Shown here piece by piece: positions 1-10,529 of a DNA stretch of 64,000 nucleotides. Where the stretch lies: positions 65,393 through 129,392 of the forward strand of contig JAICDB010000009.1 in assembly GCA_020063565.1 (NCBI GenBank), read 5' to 3'. The notes beneath the pieces are model-generated. The model searched no databases, was not told the DNA's origin, and worked only from the letters and a program-made list of their open reading frames with translations. How positions within the stretch are numbered: the first letter of the stretch is position 1; each line of letters begins with the position of its first letter. This stretch comes from Clostridiales bacterium. Lineage in GTDB: Bacteria; Bacillota; DSM-16504; Desulfitibacterales; JAICDB01. Both the position numbers and the translations under genes were made by a program.

Positions 1-977
1 AGGATCCGGTTAGCGGCAGGCAAAATGTAGGAATGTATCGCATGCATGTCTACGATGATAGAACAACCGGGATGCACTGGCACATTCATAAAGACGGCGC
101 AGGTCACTTTAAAAAACACCGGGAAACGGGAAATAAAATTATGGAAGTTGCAGTAGCACTGGGAGGTGACCCGGCGACTATCTATTCTGCAACTGCTCCT
201 CTCCCCAAAAATATAGATGAAATGCTGTTTGCCGGTTTTTTACGGCAGTCTCCCGTTGAGATGGTGCAGTGTAAAACTGTAGATTTAAAAGTTCCCGCCG
301 AAGCCGAGTTTATTCTGGAAGGATATGTAGATGTTTCGGAAAGAAGAATCGAAGGCCCGTTTGGAGATCATACCGGCTATTATTCTCCCGCTGACTCTTA
401 TCCTGTTTTTCATCTAAAATGTATAACAAGGCGAAGGCAGCCGGTTTATCCCGCTACCGTAGTAGGAATTCCGCCAATGGAAGACTGTTACCTTGGCAAG
501 GCGACAGAAAGAATCTTTTTACCGCTCCTGAAATTGCAGTTTCCTGAAATAGTGGATATCAATCTGCCATTTGAAGGGGTCTTTCACAACTGTGCTATTG
601 TTTCCATCAAAAAAGAATATCCGGGACATGCCAAAAAAATAATTAACGCCCTCTGGGGAATGGGACAAATGATGTTTACCAAAACAATCATCGTAGTTGA
701 TGCAGACGTAGATGTGCAGAATATTTCACGGACAGCCTGGAAAATTTTTAACTCAATAGATCCCAAAAGAGATTTTGTTTTCACGGAAGGGCCTCTTGAT
801 GCACTGGACCATGCAGCTCCCCTGCCCAATTACGGCAGTAAGGTGGGGATTGATGCTACTAAAAAATGGAGCTCAGAAGGTTATCCAAGGAAATGGCCTC
901 AAGAAGTTAAGATGCCTGAAGAAATAGAAAATCTCTTGGACAGGAAGTGGCAGGAATATGGTTTTAAAAAAGGTTAA
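1..977 (+). CDS. UbiD-family (prenyl-FMN dependent) decarboxylase; 5' end lies upstream of the window
   Basis: ORF 33..977 stays open in frame back to nt 3 (DPVSGRQNVGMYRM...). UbiD-like core (GPFGDHTGYY). Overlaps the next gene by 20 nt. Confidence 0.85.
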   Translation, partial: DPVSGRQNVGMYRMHVYDDRTTGMHWHIHKDGAGHFKKHRETGNKIMEVAVALGGDPATIYSATAPLPKNIDEMLFAGFLRQSPVEMVQCKTVDLKVPAEAEFILEGYVDVSERRIEGPFGDHTGYYSPADSYPVFHLKCITRRRQPVYPATVVGIPPMEDCYLGKATERIFLPLLKLQFPEIVDINLPFEGVFHNCAIVSIKKEYPGHAKKIINALWGMGQMMFTKTIIVVDADVDVQNISRTAWKIFNSIDPKRDFVFTEGPLDALDHAAPLPNYGSKVGIDATKKWSSEGYPRKWPQEVKMPEEIENLLDRKWQEYGFKKG

Positions 978-1812
978 AACATTTGCAGAGTTAGTAAAAT
1001 TTGAGCATACCGTTTTTGCACTTCCCTTTGCATATACTTCTGCTTTTCTGGCAGCAGGCGGTGTCCCCGCCGTACCGAAATTATTCTGGATAACAGTGGC
1101 AATGGTAGGGGCTCGCAGTGCCGCAATGGGGTTCAACAGACTGATCGACAGGGCAATCGATGCTAAAAACCCCAGAACTGCCGGAAGACACCTACCCCGG
1201 GGGAAAATCTCGATCCGGGAGGTATTGATCTTCAACCTTCTTGCAGTTTTACTGCTTACAGTATCAGTTTTGCAGCTAAGTCCAGGCCATATTATTTATT
1301 TGCCTTTTATCCTGGGTATACTGGTCGGTTATTCATACACAAAACGCTTTACTCCCTACTGTCACCTTGTTTTGGGACTGGCAATTTCCTTTGCTCCCTT
1401 GGGAGGCTGGATTGCCATTTCCCAAAAAAGCAGCCTTTCAGCGCTTCTTTTGGCTGCCACAGTTGGTGCCTGGGTGGCAGGCTTTGACATAATATATGCT
1501 ATGCAGGATATTGACTTTGACCGTGCGCATGGGCTGCATTCACTTCCTGCAGATTTTGGAGTCAAAACAGCCCTGTGGTGGTCCAGGTCGCTGCATATAT
1601 TATCTGTTCTTTTTTTACTACTGATTTACAAAGTGCTTTCACTGGGTGTGCCGTATCTTTTGGGGGTAGTTATTGTGGCAGGCCTTTTAGGGTATGAACA
1701 CGCCCTTGTCTCCCCTCGGGATTTTTCCAAAGTAAATGTGGCCTTTTTTAATGTTAACGGTATCATCAGTATGATAATTTTTTGTTTTACACTGCTCGAT
1801 ATCTTAATGTAA
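958..1812 (+). CDS. UbiA-family aromatic prenyltransferase (polytopic membrane protein)
   Basis: 284 aa, multi-TM. UbiA motifs NRLIDRAIDAKNPRT and DIDFD. Translationally coupled to the UbiD gene; this pairing is typical of quinone biosynthesis (possibly late futalosine-pathway steps). Confidence 0.85.
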   Translation: MVLKKVKTFAELVKFEHTVFALPFAYTSAFLAAGGVPAVPKLFWITVAMVGARSAAMGFNRLIDRAIDAKNPRTAGRHLPRGKISIREVLIFNLLAVLLLTVSVLQLSPGHIIYLPFILGILVGYSYTKRFTPYCHLVLGLAISFAPLGGWIAISQKSSLSALLLAATVGAWVAGFDIIYAMQDIDFDRAHGLHSLPADFGVKTALWWSRSLHILSVLFLLLIYKVLSLGVPYLLGVVIVAGLLGYEHALVSPRDFSKVNVAFFNVNGIISMIIFCFTLLDILM

Positions 1813-1852
1813 TCTTTCGGATTTTCAACTAAGTTATACTTTCTAATAGTAC

Positions 1853-1890
1853 AAAAAAATCCCCGCTACCGGTAGCGGGGAAAGCTTTTT
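1853..1890. terminator. Bidirectional rho-independent terminator between convergent genes
   Basis: Perfect palindrome CCCCGCTACCGGTAGCGGGG (1861..1880), flanked by an A-run on one side and a T-run on the other. Confidence 0.7.
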
Positions 1891-1901
1891 AAGAAGCTAA
1901 C

Positions 1902-3425
1902 TTACAAGCCGATACTTTTTGCTTCTCTTAAAAGTTTTTTGTCTATCTTACCTGTGACAGTCTTTGGCAATGACTCACAGAATTCAACCTGTTTGGGACA
2001 TTTATAATTGGCAAGGTTTTGACGGCAATAGCGGATAAGTTCTTTTTCAGTGGCTTCTTTACCGGGCTTTAATGCTACAAACGCTTTGGGTATTTCGCCC
2101 CTCAGTTCATCAGCAATGCCCACTACGGCAGCTTCAGCTACAGCAGGATGCTGGTAAAGAATCTCTTCTACTTCCCGGGGGTAAACATTCAGTCCGCCAA
2201 CAATAATCATGTCTTTTTTACGGTCTACAATGTAAATGTAGCCGTCTTCATCTTTTTTGCCCAAATCACCGGTATGGAGCCAGCCTCCCCGCAAGGCTTG
2301 AGCTGTTTCCTCCGGGCGGTTAAGGTATCCCTTCATCACGTTCCTACCCTTAACACAAATTTCACCTACTTCATTAACAGGAACCTCATTGTCATTATCA
2401 TCGACTATTTTTACCTCTACTCCCGGAACAGGTATACCCACGGAACCCGGTTTTCGAACCCCGTCAATTGGGTTTGCATATGAAACGGGGGATGTTTCTG
2501 TGGGACCGTTTCCTTCTATCATAATTACACCGTATCTTTCTTCAAAAACCTTCATTATTTCTACAGGGAGCGGCGCTCCACCGGAAACGCACAATTTAAT
2601 GGAAGAGAGATCGTAGCTCTTTGGATCTTTAATCGCGGCCAGGAAAGCTCCATACATGGCCGGCACACCGGCAAAAATCGTAACTTTTTTTGCTTCTACT
2701 TCTTTAAGAGTGGCATCGGGTTTAAACTGGCCGACAATAGTGATACTTGCTCCCGTATAAATAGGAACTATCATACAAACCATTTCAGCAAAAGAGTGGA
2801 ATAGAGGCAGCACGCAGAGATAGTTTTCATCAGAACCTAAACCTAAATGTTTTATGGTGGCCTCAGCATCAAAGATAAGGTTATCATGGGTCAAGAGTGC
2901 TCCCTTTGGCTTTCCTGTAGTCCCTGAGGTATAGAGGCAAGATGCGACATCGTCTGGTTCTATTGTAATATTAAATGGTTCACTTGCAGAACCTTCGATC
3001 AGTTCTGCAAAATCATAGATATCCTTTTCAGTTTCTCCTCCAATAATTATTAGGCTTTCTAGAGATTGTGCTTCATTCCAGATGCTTTCCACCAGGTTCT
3101 GAAAGGGGGCTGCAGTAATAAGTATTTTAATGCTGGCATCGTTTAAGATATACTTTAACTCCTCACCTTTAAAAAGTGGGTTGATGGGGACAATGGTAGC
3201 ACCGATACTGACAATACCAAAATAGGAAATGACAAACTCCGGACAGTTTGGTAATAAAACAGCTGCCCTTTCGCCTTTTTTTAAGCCCAAATTAGCCAAT
3301 CCGTTTGCCAATCTGTTAACCTTTTCTTCCAGGTCTTTGTAAGTTATTTCAATATCTTGGAAATAGATAGCTGTTTTGTCAGAAAATTCTGCAGCTGTTT
3401 TACGAAGCAAACTTGCAACAGACAT
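1902..3425 (-). CDS. AMP-dependent acyl-CoA synthetase (long-chain fatty acid-CoA ligase type)
   Basis: 507 aa. AMP-binding signature YTSGTTGKPKGA and the C-terminal TGDLG...GKIDKK motifs. Confidence 0.85.
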   Translation of the reverse strand: MSVASLLRKTAAEFSDKTAIYFQDIEITYKDLEEKVNRLANGLANLGLKKGERAAVLLPNCPEFVISYFGIVSIGATIVPINPLFKGEELKYILNDASIKILITAAPFQNLVESIWNEAQSLESLIIIGGETEKDIYDFAELIEGSASEPFNITIEPDDVASCLYTSGTTGKPKGALLTHDNLIFDAEATIKHLGLGSDENYLCVLPLFHSFAEMVCMIVPIYTGASITIVGQFKPDATLKEVEAKKVTIFAGVPAMYGAFLAAIKDPKSYDLSSIKLCVSGGAPLPVEIMKVFEERYGVIMIEGNGPTETSPVSYANPIDGVRKPGSVGIPVPGVEVKIVDDNDNEVPVNEVGEICVKGRNVMKGYLNRPEETAQALRGGWLHTGDLGKKDEDGYIYIVDRKKDMIIVGGLNVYPREVEEILYQHPAVAEAAVVGIADELRGEIPKAFVALKPGKEATEKELIRYCRQNLANYKCPKQVEFCESLPKTVTGKIDKKLLREAKSIGL

Positions 3426-3636
3426 AATTTTTACCTCCTCATTAATAAATAAAATCAGCTCTTAATACCAGGTAATAATATTATAGCAGAATTTTTCTGC
3501 AATGCATAGAAAAATATAGGGTCATTAAGAACCAACTGCGGTATTGAAATACCTATGCAATAACAAAGGGGAATTGTGTTAATATTAAAAGTGAAGAAAT
3601 CATTAAATAGTATGTAATTCCTAAGGGAGAACCGTT

Positions 3637-6345
3637 ATGAAAAGTAAAAAAACTGATTCAAATTATAATTTTATAGAGCAAACAGATACAAAAAAACGTG
3701 GCAGACTTACGATATTTTTGGGAGCCGCTGCAGGGGTTGGTAAAACTTATGCAATGCTGGAAAAAGCTTTGGAACTCTCAACACAAAGAGTAGATGTAGT
3801 GGTAGGCTGGGTAGGAAATCATGAGCTTACTGAAAAGAAGATTTTTCTTAAGGGTTTACCTGTAATGCCGCCTGCCAAGTTTGAACACCGGGGAAAGATT
3901 TTTAAAGAAATGGACCTTAAAGCACTTCTGGCGCGTCGTCCTCAACTTGTAGTCGTGGACGACCTGGCACATATCAATGCGCCCGGTTCCTGTCATGTGA
4001 ACAGGTATCAGGATATAGAAGAGCTTTTGCATGCCGGCATTGATGTTTATACGACCTTAAATATTCAGCAGGTTGAGAGTTTAAAAGACATTGTAGCTCA
4101 GATTACCGGGATACAGGTCAGGGAAACTGTTCCCGACCGCCTGTTGGAACAAGCAGATTATATAAAATTAATTGATGTTCCGCCGGAGGAATTAATCCAA
4201 CGTTTAAAAGAGGGCAAAGTTTCTGCTTCCTCACAGGAAAAAAAGGCGTTATCGAAACCTGGTAATATCAATGCCCTGAGGGAACTGGCCCTGCGCTATG
4301 CAGCGCAAAATGTGGATCATAAATTAAGCAGTTATATGAAGGTTCATTCCATTAAAGGGCCCTGGCCTGCCGGTGAAAGAATAATGGCCTGTGTTGGTCC
4401 CAGCCCGTTTTCCGCTCAAGTGATTCGGGCAGCCAGGCGGATGGCTGCCGGTTTAAAGGCGGAACTTATTGTTGCTTATGTAGAAACTCCCCATAGCTTC
4501 CCGACCAGTGATGCTGAACATGATCAACTGGCTCGTAATCTTCACCTGGCAGAGAAGCTGGGCGCTGAGGTTATAAATCTGACGGGAAGCGATGTGGCCG
4601 AGGAACTCCTTGCCTTAGCCCGGCGAAAAAATATTTCGCAAATTGTAATAGGAAAACCGCTCCGGCCTCGTTTGCGTGATTTGTGGAAAGGCTCAATAGT
4701 AAATAAGATTATTAAGGGCAGCCAGGGGATTAGTGTCCATGTCATACCCGGTAAATCAAAAAAAGTACAAGGCGAAGAAAAAGTTTCAAGGAATTCTTTA
4801 GACCCAAAAGTCTCCTTATGGTCCTATATAGGAACCGTACTATTTATTCTAATAATTACAGTGTTAAATAAAACATTGGAACCGTCATTTGATTTGATAA
4901 ATATTGACCTTCTCTACCTGTTGCCGGTATTATTTAGCGCTGCGTACTGGGGACGGGGCCCCTCCATTATGGCCTCCTTGATAGGAGTCCTGGCTTTTGA
5001 TATTTTTTTCGTACCACCTCAACTGAGTATTACTGTTGCCGACATACGCTATCTATTGAGTTTTGTAATTTTTTTGCTTGTGGCCATTATTACCAGTACC
5101 ATGGCTACAAGACTTAGAAATCAAGTTAATCTGGCGCGCTTAAGGGAAACCAGAACTGCAGCGCTTTATGCCCTCAGCCGTAAAATAGTGGCTGAAACCG
5201 ACATCGAAGGAATACTTAATACAGTTGCTAATGTAGTTGCAGATACCGTTGATGGCAAGGTAGTGATTTTAATGCCGGGTGAAAAGAACGAATTGGAAAT
5301 TCGCGCTACCACCGTTCTACCATTTGATAAATTATTGGATAATACAGAAAGGGAAACGGCTCAATGGGTTTTTGAACACGGTCAACTGGCCGGCAAAGGG
5401 ACTGAAACTTTCAATGAGTCAAATGCGTTGTATTTACCCCTTAAATCAGAAGATAAAAATATAGGTGTATTGGGAGTACAACTGGACTCCCCTGAAGAAT
5501 ACCTTACTCCGGAACAAAGGAGGCTGCTTGAAGCGTTTGCTAATCTAACAGCGGTTGCTATAGTTCGCCTGCAGCTTGCCGAAGAGGCGCAACAGGTCCG
5601 CTATTTGGCCCAGTCCGAAAAATTACGATCGGCTTTATTTAATTCAATTTCCCATGAAGTACGTACTCCTTTAGCATCAATAATTGGCGCCGTAACCAGC
5701 TTGCTTGAAGAGGGGGAAATTTATAGCCAGAGCGATCAGATCACCTTTTTGCAAACAATTAATGAGAGTGCCTTGCGTATAGATAGATTGTTAAAGAATT
5801 TACTTGATATGGCTCGTCTGGAAAGCGGTAAACTGCAGTTAAAATGGGAATGGTGTGATATCCAGGAAGTTATAGGAGTTGCTTTGCGGCGTCTTCAGGA
5901 GTCTTTGAAAGAGCATCATTTAAAGAAAGAAATCGCTCCGGATCTGCCCTTGGTAAGGGCTGATTTTGCTTTGATTGAACAGGTTTTGATCAACTTGCTT
6001 GACAATGCAGCGAAATATTCACGTGCCGGTAGTGAAATTTATATCAAAGTCAACCGGGAAGAAAATAATATCAAATTGGCTGTGGCTGACCGGGGGCCTA
6101 GAATTTCAGAAGAGGACAGTGAGCGGGTCTTTGATAAATTTTACCGTGCATACTATTCTAATAAAAAAACAGAAGGAACAGGCCTGGGACTTTCAATTTG
6201 TAAAGGAATTGTTGAAGCGCATGGCGGAAAGATATGGGTGGAACCCAATCCTGAAGATGGGAACATATTTATTTTTACTTTGCCTTTAAATCATAATGTA
6301 CCAAATGGAATACAGATAAGGAAAGGTGGTAAAGATGCCAACTAG
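3637..6345 (+). CDS. kdpD: Sensor histidine kinase KdpD (KdpD N-domain, Usp, 4 TM, GAF-like, HisKA, HATPase)
   Basis: 902 aa. N-terminal P-loop GAAAGVGKTY typical of KdpD. H-box SHEVRTPL. G-box GTGLGLSICKGIV. Confidence 0.9.
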   Translation: MKSKKTDSNYNFIEQTDTKKRGRLTIFLGAAAGVGKTYAMLEKALELSTQRVDVVVGWVGNHELTEKKIFLKGLPVMPPAKFEHRGKIFKEMDLKALLARRPQLVVVDDLAHINAPGSCHVNRYQDIEELLHAGIDVYTTLNIQQVESLKDIVAQITGIQVRETVPDRLLEQADYIKLIDVPPEELIQRLKEGKVSASSQEKKALSKPGNINALRELALRYAAQNVDHKLSSYMKVHSIKGPWPAGERIMACVGPSPFSAQVIRAARRMAAGLKAELIVAYVETPHSFPTSDAEHDQLARNLHLAEKLGAEVINLTGSDVAEELLALARRKNISQIVIGKPLRPRLRDLWKGSIVNKIIKGSQGISVHVIPGKSKKVQGEEKVSRNSLDPKVSLWSYIGTVLFILIITVLNKTLEPSFDLINIDLLYLLPVLFSAAYWGRGPSIMASLIGVLAFDIFFVPPQLSITVADIRYLLSFVIFLLVAIITSTMATRLRNQVNLARLRETRTAALYALSRKIVAETDIEGILNTVANVVADTVDGKVVILMPGEKNELEIRATTVLPFDKLLDNTERETAQWVFEHGQLAGKGTETFNESNALYLPLKSEDKNIGVLGVQLDSPEEYLTPEQRRLLEAFANLTAVAIVRLQLAEEAQQVRYLAQSEKLRSALFNSISHEVRTPLASIIGAVTSLLEEGEIYSQSDQITFLQTINESALRIDRLLKNLLDMARLESGKLQLKWEWCDIQEVIGVALRRLQESLKEHHLKKEIAPDLPLVRADFALIEQVLINLLDNAAKYSRAGSEIYIKVNREENNIKLAVADRGPRISEEDSERVFDKFYRAYYSNKKTEGTGLGLSICKGIVEAHGGKIWVEPNPEDGNIFIFTLPLNHNVPNGIQIRKGGKDAN

Positions 6346-7027
6346 TGGTGCACGAGTGCTTGTGATTGATGATGAAAGTCAGATCCGAAAGATGCTTAAA
6401 GTAGCCTTGAAAGCTCATGGTTACGAAATTGAAGAGGCATCTTTGGGCCAGGAAGGTTTGGAGAAGGCTGCCGTTTTTCATCCTGATTTGATAATACTTG
6501 ATTTAGGCTTACCCGACGTAGATGGTTTTCAAGTCATCAACCGGCTTAGAGAATGGTCTCAGGTACCCGTAATCATACTTTCTGTAAAGGAACAGGAAGA
6601 GGATAAAATAAAGGCTTTGGATGCAGGCGCTGACGATTATGTAACCAAGCCTTTCAGTATGGGTGAATTACTGGCCAGGGTAAGGGTGGCATTGCGCCAT
6701 GCGGCCAAAACTGAGGATGAACCGGTGCTCACAATAGGAGAACTTACTATTGATCTGGCACATCGCCTGGTAACAGTTGGAGGTCAACCAATAAAATTAA
6801 CACCTACAGAATATGACATTTTAAAAAATTTGGCTCTGCATGCGGGGCGAGTCCTAACTCACCAGCAACTGCTGCGTTCCATCTGGGGGAAGGAGTACCA
6901 GGAGGAAAATCACTATCTTCGAGTATATATTGGCCAGCTCCGCCGTAAAATTGAACCTGATCCTACTCAACCTACCTATATAATTACCGAGCCGGGGGTT
7001 GGCTACAGATTAATGGCAAAGGATTAA
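6335..7027 (+). CDS. kdpE: OmpR-family response regulator KdpE
   Basis: Receiver domain (VLVIDDE...DLGLPD) plus winged-helix domain (GVGYRL). ATG 6335 is preferred over GTG 6326 because of the GAAAGG RBS spacing. Overlaps the kdpD 3' end. Confidence 0.85.
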   Translation: MPTSGARVLVIDDESQIRKMLKVALKAHGYEIEEASLGQEGLEKAAVFHPDLIILDLGLPDVDGFQVINRLREWSQVPVIILSVKEQEEDKIKALDAGADDYVTKPFSMGELLARVRVALRHAAKTEDEPVLTIGELTIDLAHRLVTVGGQPIKLTPTEYDILKNLALHAGRVLTHQQLLRSIWGKEYQEENHYLRVYIGQLRRKIEPDPTQPTYIITEPGVGYRLMAKD

Positions 7028-7144
7028 AAGATGATCTTTATGTTTTTTTTATGTTTTCATAAATATTTTTAACAGCATATTGATGGGCAAAGAATTGATT
7101 AGGATTTATACTAAATTTATGCAGTAAAGAGGCGGGGATTTGGT

Positions 7145-8485
7145 ATGGAATCATATCCAAAGAATAATAATTTCAGGTATAATCCTGCAAAAGTACTTGT
7201 ACTAAGCTTTGCTATAATAATATTTTTAGGCTCTATACTTTTATCACTTCCCGTAGCAACTATCAACCACCGGAGTTTATCATATTTGGATGCGCTTTTT
7301 ACAGCTACTTCGGCAGTCTGTGTTACAGGACTGGTAGTGGTAGATACCGGAACGACTTTTTCCATATTTGGCCAAATAGTTATATTAATTTTGATTCAAA
7401 TAGGCGGCCTGGGGATAATGACTTTTGCAGCACTCATAGCCATGGCTTTAGGTAAAAAAATTTCTTTTAAGCAGCGCCTGATGTTACAGGAGACATTTAA
7501 TCAGAATTCTATCCAGGGTATAGTACGTCTTGTTAGATATGTTTTAGTGATAACTTTTATACTGGAATTTGCCGGGGCACTGATCTTAGGTGCTCACTGG
7601 TTTTCGGAAATGGGGTGGAAAGCATTCTATTACGGTTTGTTCCATTCTGTTTCGGCTTTCAATAATGCCGGCTTTGATTTAATGGGCGGTTTTTCCAGTC
7701 TGGCGTCCTATACATCTGATGTTATAACAAATGTCGTAATAATGTTTCTAATTTTAACAGGAGGAATCGGTTTTTTTGTGCTCTGGGATTTATATTTATA
7801 TCCCTGGAAAAGAAAATTTTCCTACCACAGTAAAATAGTTCTTACAACTTCAGGTTTACTTTTACTGGTGGCTTTTGCAGCAATATTTATACTTGAATTT
7901 CATAATCCAAACACCTTGGGAAGCCTTGATACCGGTGATAAAATTTTGGCTTCGTTTTTTATGGCAGTTACTCCGAGAACGGCAGGATTTAGCACCATTG
8001 ATGTGGGTAATATGACCCAGGCAAGTTTGTTTTTTACTATGATATTAATGTTTATAGGCGCTTCTCCGGGTTCAACCGGTGGAGGAATTAAAACATCTAC
8101 CTTTATTGTTGTCCTGGCATCTATTATGGCAAATATCAAAGGAAGGAAACAAAGCGTCCTTTTTAAAAAGGCAATCCCACTATCAGCATATACCAGGGCT
8201 ATTTCAATATTTCTTTTGTCGTTATTTCTGATAATAGGGACAGCTTTTCTACTTACGTTATTTGAAAATAATCCTTTAATGGACAATATATTTGAAGCGG
8301 TTTCCGCATTTGGTACAGTAGGGCTTTCTACGGGTATTACCCCGAGTCTAACATTGCCTGGCAAAATAGCGATTATAATAGCCATGTTTGCGGGAAGAGT
8401 AGGTCCGCTCACTCTTGCTTATGTTTTAGGAGAAAAAGGTTCTGACCTTATCAAATATCCTGAAGGTAATATTCTTATCGGCTAG
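7145..8485 (+). CDS. ktrB: Ktr/Trk-type K+ uptake membrane subunit (KtrB/TrkH family)
   Basis: 446 aa, polytopic. Repeated selectivity-filter-like GLG/GFS/TGG/STG loops characteristic of KtrB. Confidence 0.85.
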   Translation: MESYPKNNNFRYNPAKVLVLSFAIIIFLGSILLSLPVATINHRSLSYLDALFTATSAVCVTGLVVVDTGTTFSIFGQIVILILIQIGGLGIMTFAALIAMALGKKISFKQRLMLQETFNQNSIQGIVRLVRYVLVITFILEFAGALILGAHWFSEMGWKAFYYGLFHSVSAFNNAGFDLMGGFSSLASYTSDVITNVVIMFLILTGGIGFFVLWDLYLYPWKRKFSYHSKIVLTTSGLLLLVAFAAIFILEFHNPNTLGSLDTGDKILASFFMAVTPRTAGFSTIDVGNMTQASLFFTMILMFIGASPGSTGGGIKTSTFIVVLASIMANIKGRKQSVLFKKAIPLSAYTRAISIFLLSLFLIIGTAFLLTLFENNPLMDNIFEAVSAFGTVGLSTGITPSLTLPGKIAIIIAMFAGRVGPLTLAYVLGEKGSDLIKYPEGNILIG

Positions 8486-8496
8486 GAGGTATTTTT

Positions 8497-9147
8497 ATGG
8501 GCAGCTATGCTGTTATAGGATTGGGGAGATTTGGTTCCAGTGTAGCCAGGACTCTTGTCAAACTTGGCCACGAAGTACTGGGAATAGATAAATCCGAGAA
8601 AAAAGTTCAGGAAATGTCAAATATCTTAACCCATGTTGTGGCGGCAGATTCAAAGAATGAAGAGGTTTTAAAAAGCCTCGGGATCAGAAATTTTGATGCC
8701 GTGGTTGTTGCCATAGGTGAGGATACGGAAGCAAATATCTTAACCACTGTACTGCTTACACAACTAGGGGTAAAAAATATAATTGCGAAAGCAAATACGG
8801 ACATTCACGGAGAAGTTCTGAAAAGGGTAGGTGCCACAAAAATAGTTCACCCTGAAAAGGATATGGGTGAAAAAGTTGCCAATAATATGGCCTCTGGAAC
8901 TATTCTTGATTATATAGAATTGTCCCCCAAGCATTCAATAGTGGAATTTGCAGCGCCAAAAAAATTTGTTGGCAAAACTCTGGGTAAACTAAATTTAAGA
9001 GCCAAGTATGGTATAAGTGTGCTGGCAATAAAAAAAGGGGAAAGAATAATAGTTGCCCCCGGAGCAGATGGCTTGATTGAGGATAAGGACCTCTTAGTTG
9101 TTGTGGGGGAAAATGACAAGGTGAAAAAATGTTCCAAATCTAATTAA
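8497..9147 (+). CDS. ktrA: K+ uptake peripheral subunit KtrA (RCK N and C domains)
   Basis: 216 aa. Rossmann motif IGLGRFG. Lies immediately after ktrB. Confidence 0.85.
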   Translation: MGSYAVIGLGRFGSSVARTLVKLGHEVLGIDKSEKKVQEMSNILTHVVAADSKNEEVLKSLGIRNFDAVVVAIGEDTEANILTTVLLTQLGVKNIIAKANTDIHGEVLKRVGATKIVHPEKDMGEKVANNMASGTILDYIELSPKHSIVEFAAPKKFVGKTLGKLNLRAKYGISVLAIKKGERIIVAPGADGLIEDKDLLVVVGENDKVKKCSKSN

Positions 9148-9206
9148 AAATCATTATTATTATCTTAAATAATAAATATCTTTTTAAAAGATATTTACCC
9201 GCATAA

Positions 9207-9250
9207 AATAACGCTTCTCGAGCCATATTGAGAAGTGTTATTTTTTTTTA
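9207..9250 (+). terminator. Rho-independent terminator of ktrBA
   Basis: 13-bp stem AATAACGCTTCTC/GAGAAGTGTTATT (one G.U pair), followed by T9. Confidence 0.8.
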
Positions 9251-9327
9251 ATCTCCAGCGAATTTGTAATAAATTCTTGAAACATTTTCAGTAATATTCC
9301 GTCTATTGTCATGGAGGGATAATCAAA

Positions 9328-9912
9328 ATGACACAACAATTACTGGATATTTTTTTAAGAATGGGAATGACGGGACTCTTTGTAACTATGGCCTTTGAAG
9401 GATTATCGATTCCGTTTCCGGGTATCTTTGTAGCATTAACCTATGGCTATTTATTCAAACCCGGTTTAACAAAATTACCGCTCATAGCTTTGGAAATGAG
9501 TCTTGTCTATACTATGGCCAGTTTTATACCATATTTAATTGGTTTAAAACTGGAACAGAAAATAAAAAAGAGATTTCAAAATAAAATCCAAAAAGCGCAA
9601 AACTGGTTTCGTATATATGGGGAATGCAGTATTGCATTAACGCGTCCCTTTGGAGTAGGAAATTACATTTCATATGTGGCCGGTATAAGCAAGATAAAGT
9701 GGTGGAAATATGGTCTGTTAACACTTGTTGGAATATACCCGTGGTCTTTTGCTACTTTATTCCTCGGTTTAATTTATAAAGGTGAGATTACACAGATTAC
9801 TGAACAGCTTCAAGCTCATCGTGAGGATATTTACTTAGGCCTCATAATCATTATAGTGGTTTATGCTTGCATAGTTTTCGTACTAAACCATAACCAGGAA
9901 ACAAAAGTTTAG
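9328..9912 (+). CDS. DedA/VTT-domain family membrane protein
   Basis: 194 aa, 4-5 TM. N-terminal FEGLSIPFPG motif resembles the DedA family. Confidence 0.55.
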   Translation: MTQQLLDIFLRMGMTGLFVTMAFEGLSIPFPGIFVALTYGYLFKPGLTKLPLIALEMSLVYTMASFIPYLIGLKLEQKIKKRFQNKIQKAQNWFRIYGECSIALTRPFGVGNYISYVAGISKIKWWKYGLLTLVGIYPWSFATLFLGLIYKGEITQITEQLQAHREDIYLGLIIIIVVYACIVFVLNHNQETKV

Positions 9913-9998
9913 TTTTGTAAAGTATTTTCAAGTAAATGAGAGAATTTATCAAAGAAAGTAAGGCTTAAAATGGCTTGAGGCTGGAAATTTTAAAATTA

Positions 9999-10529
9999 CT
10001 ATGGTATCACTATCTCCTGCCCCGGGTAGATCATATCCGGGTTTTTTATATTATTCGCCTGTATCAATTTCTCTAAAGAGACACCATAGCGCCGCGCTAT
10101 CTTCCAGAGGCTATCTCCCTTCTTCACAATATATCTTCCGCCTACAGGCTTTTTCGGCCAATCCTTATCCTTTTCGCTTTCTTTTTTTGTTTTACCTGAA
10201 ATAATTTTCACAGTGGTTCCAATGGGGACCTGGGGAAAAAGCTCCTCCACATCCCAGTTATACATCCTTACGCAACCATGGGAAGCCATGGTTCCGATAG
10301 TCCAGGTAAGGGGCGTGCCGTGAATCCCGTAGCGGGGTATTGAAAGTCCCATCCAGCGGGTTCCCAGAAATTTATTAGCCGGGTTGACTATTTTATTTAC
10401 TATTGTAAAGGTACCTACGGGAGTGGGGGTTTCAGGCTTACCTATTGCCACAGGGTAGGATTTTACAAGGGTATCATTTTTATAAAAATAGAGACGGCGT
10501 TCAGCGAGATTAATGAGTATTTTTTCCAC
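9999..10529 (-). CDS. L,D-transpeptidase (YkuD domain) with C-terminal LysM
   Basis: YkuD catalytic HGC(V)RM motif. LysM: YIVKKGDSLWKIARRYGVSLEKLIQANN. GTG 10529 is preferred (AGAGGTG RBS); the ORF also opens at 10538. Confidence 0.8.
   Translation of the reverse strand: MEKILINLAERRLYFYKNDTLVKSYPVAIGKPETPTPVGTFTIVNKIVNPANKFLGTRWMGLSIPRYGIHGTPLTWTIGTMASHGCVRMYNWDVEELFPQVPIGTTVKIISGKTKKESEKDKDWPKKPVGGRYIVKKGDSLWKIARRYGVSLEKLIQANNIKNPDMIYPGQEIVIP

Noticed and set aside
7028-7144. c-di-AMP (ydaO/kimA-type) riboswitch upstream of ktrB
   Set aside because: The spacer is only 117 nt, is AT-rich, and has no recognisable pseudo-two-fold helices or conserved ACGR/CCGA motifs.
7900-8412. 170-aa ORF antisense to ktrB. 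Similar shadow ORFs occur at 873..1235, 23890..24360, 24890..25267, 32159..32515, 37020..37388, 49583..49966, 53757..54131 and 57368..57988.
   Set aside because: Each is fully embedded antisense in a gene with clear family motifs. They have no RBS and show the biased composition typical of shadow frames.
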